NCBI GenBank assembly: GCA_964518475.1
Contig: CAZFGR010000008.1
Coordinates: 11,228 to 75,227, forward strand
Direction of reading: 5' to 3'
DNA from: an uncultured Nitrososphaerota archaeon
GTDB taxonomy: Archaea > Asgardarchaeota > Njordarchaeia > Njordarchaeales > Njordarchaeaceae
Length of the DNA stretch: 64,000 nt
A program made the translations under genes and the position numbers. Below the pieces are notes generated by a model, which saw only the letters and a list, made by a program, of their open reading frames with translations, searched no databases and was not told where the DNA came from. Position 1 is the stretch's first letter. Every line of letters begins with the position of its first letter. Shown piece after piece: positions 62,777 to 64,000 of the stretch.

Positions 62777-62820
62777 CTACTATTTAGTAGACTACTATTT
62801 AGTAGACTACTTATGGGTAG
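62777..62820. repeat. Triple 15-bp tandem palindrome CTACT-N4-AGTAG upstream of ATPase D
   Basis: CTACTATTTAGTAGA / CTACTATTTAGTAGA / CTACTTATGGGTAG. Confidence 0.88.
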
Positions 62821-62825
62821 GTATA

Positions 62826-64000
62826 ATGAAATTTTTTGATCGCGAATTAGAATTAATAAGCTTAAGAGACATCTGGCATGTGGTGAAGAGTGGTAAGTTT
62901 AATTTTGTAGTTATTACGGGTCGTCGAGGAGTTGGTAAGACAAGATTATTATTTGAATTCGCTAATCGAGAAAATGTCCCAATGGTTTACCTATTTGTGG
63001 AGAAGAAGGGGGTAGAGAGTCTTTTATCAAAATTTATTCAACGAGTAGAGTATAGCCTTAGTATCCGTGTACCAAAGGTGAAATCCTTTGAGGATTTTTT
63101 ATTTCTTTTGAAGAATATTGCTAAGACCCGAGAAGTGTTAGTTGTGTTCGATGAATTTCAAAATTTTAAATACTGCGACACAGAGATTTTCTCCGTTTTT
63201 CAGGAAGCGATAGACGAGATGAAATTCGAGAAAAACATAAGATTGATGATTGTTGCAATAGGGTCGATGATTGGTATGCTTAGAGAAATTTTTGAAAGTG
63301 AGGCTTCACCGCTTTACGGACGGAAGACATCCGAAATCTTCTTAAAACCCTTCGAATTTTGGGAGATAAGATCATTATTAAAGGATTTAGGAGTGATCTC
63401 GGAAGAAGAGATCATAGAGATCTACTCAATGCTGGGAGGTATGCCTAGGTACTATGATACCATGGATAGGTTAGAGTTAAAAATAACGAAAGAGAACGTT
63501 ATTAAATATTTTACAATAAAAACATATCCAGGGTGGAGAGAGGTTAGAAATGAGTTAATAGAGGAGTTCAGAGAAGCACATGCTACCTATTTCTCCATCT
63601 TAGAAGCCATTGCCGCTGGAAATGTTACTAGTAATGAAATTGCGAATTATACAGGAATCCGAGAGAAAAGTATTCATAAGTATCTAAATGAATTAGCTAA
63701 TTATTTTGAGATAATAGAAAAGAGGGTACCAGCATTAGCATCTAAGAGAGCAAGAGGAGCAAGATATTTTATTAGAGATCCATTTTATAGCTTTTGGTTT
63801 AGGTATATCTTCCCAAATAGCGACTTAATAGAACTCGAACAACACAAAATTGTTCAAGATGAAATAATGAAAGACTTACCAAATTACGTATCCTTTATAT
63901 TTGAGGAAATTATTAGGAGAACAATACTAAAAATTGCTGGAAAGAATATTCAAGGCGTAAAGATACCAATTGTGAATTATGTAGGTAGCTGGTGGGATCG
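62826..64000 (+). CDS. Archaeal ATPase paralog D, 3'-partial (not in the ORF track)
   Basis: Manual translation: MKFFDRELELISLRDIW..VITGRRGVGKTRL, VFDEFQN, PLYGRKT, GGMPRY, DPFYSFWF. Runs off the window end. Confidence 0.9.
   Translation, partial: MKFFDRELELISLRDIWHVVKSGKFNFVVITGRRGVGKTRLLFEFANRENVPMVYLFVEKKGVESLLSKFIQRVEYSLSIRVPKVKSFEDFLFLLKNIAKTREVLVVFDEFQNFKYCDTEIFSVFQEAIDEMKFEKNIRLMIVAIGSMIGMLREIFESEASPLYGRKTSEIFLKPFEFWEIRSLLKDLGVISEEEIIEIYSMLGGMPRYYDTMDRLELKITKENVIKYFTIKTYPGWREVRNELIEEFREAHATYFSILEAIAAGNVTSNEIANYTGIREKSIHKYLNELANYFEIIEKRVPALASKRARGARYFIRDPFYSFWFRYIFPNSDLIELEQHKIVQDEIMKDLPNYVSFIFEEIIRRTILKIAGKNIQGVKIPIVNYVGSWWD

Noticed and set aside
62777-62820. 15-bp arrays as mini-CRISPR or replication-origin boxes
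   Set aside because: There are no unique spacers, the units are too short, no cas or cdc6 gene is present, and each array is tied to an ATPase start codon.

Overview
A 64 kb window from an AT-rich, thermophilic-looking anaerobic archaeon. The evidence is two tungsten aldehyde:ferredoxin oxidoreductases, a 2-oxoacid:ferredoxin oxidoreductase, archaeal asparagine synthetase A, superoxide reductase, peroxiredoxin, VapBC pairs and archaeal ATPases. The lineage cannot be fixed from sequence alone; TACK/Asgard-like is my inference. I saw no rRNA, tRNA, CRISPR array or transposase. Content: a sugar kinase/aldolase/AOR cluster, a glyA-thyX-membrane protein operon, ROK kinase, GH38 mannosidase and a Zwf-like dehydrogenase, many orphan secreted or surface proteins (FG-GAP, DxDxDG repeats, beta-helix, a secreted caspase-fold protease), and several frameshifted or decayed genes. 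The most striking signal involves the paralogous archaeal ATPase genes (ATPase + wHTH + DUF234/PD-(D/E)XK). There are four copies: one is split over three ORFs and two are missing from the ORF track. Three of them are preceded by a triple tandem array of 14-bp palindromes (5-N4-5) at exact 15-bp spacing, lying between the TATA box and the start codon, with a different half-site for each paralog. This suggests a family of sequence-insulated autoregulatory operators. Other non-coding signals are a perfect 40-bp palindrome inside a signal-peptide coding region, a G-U-rich 5' UTR hairpin ahead of a 1224-aa surface protein, and a 16-bp-period triple operator between arsR and tauE.
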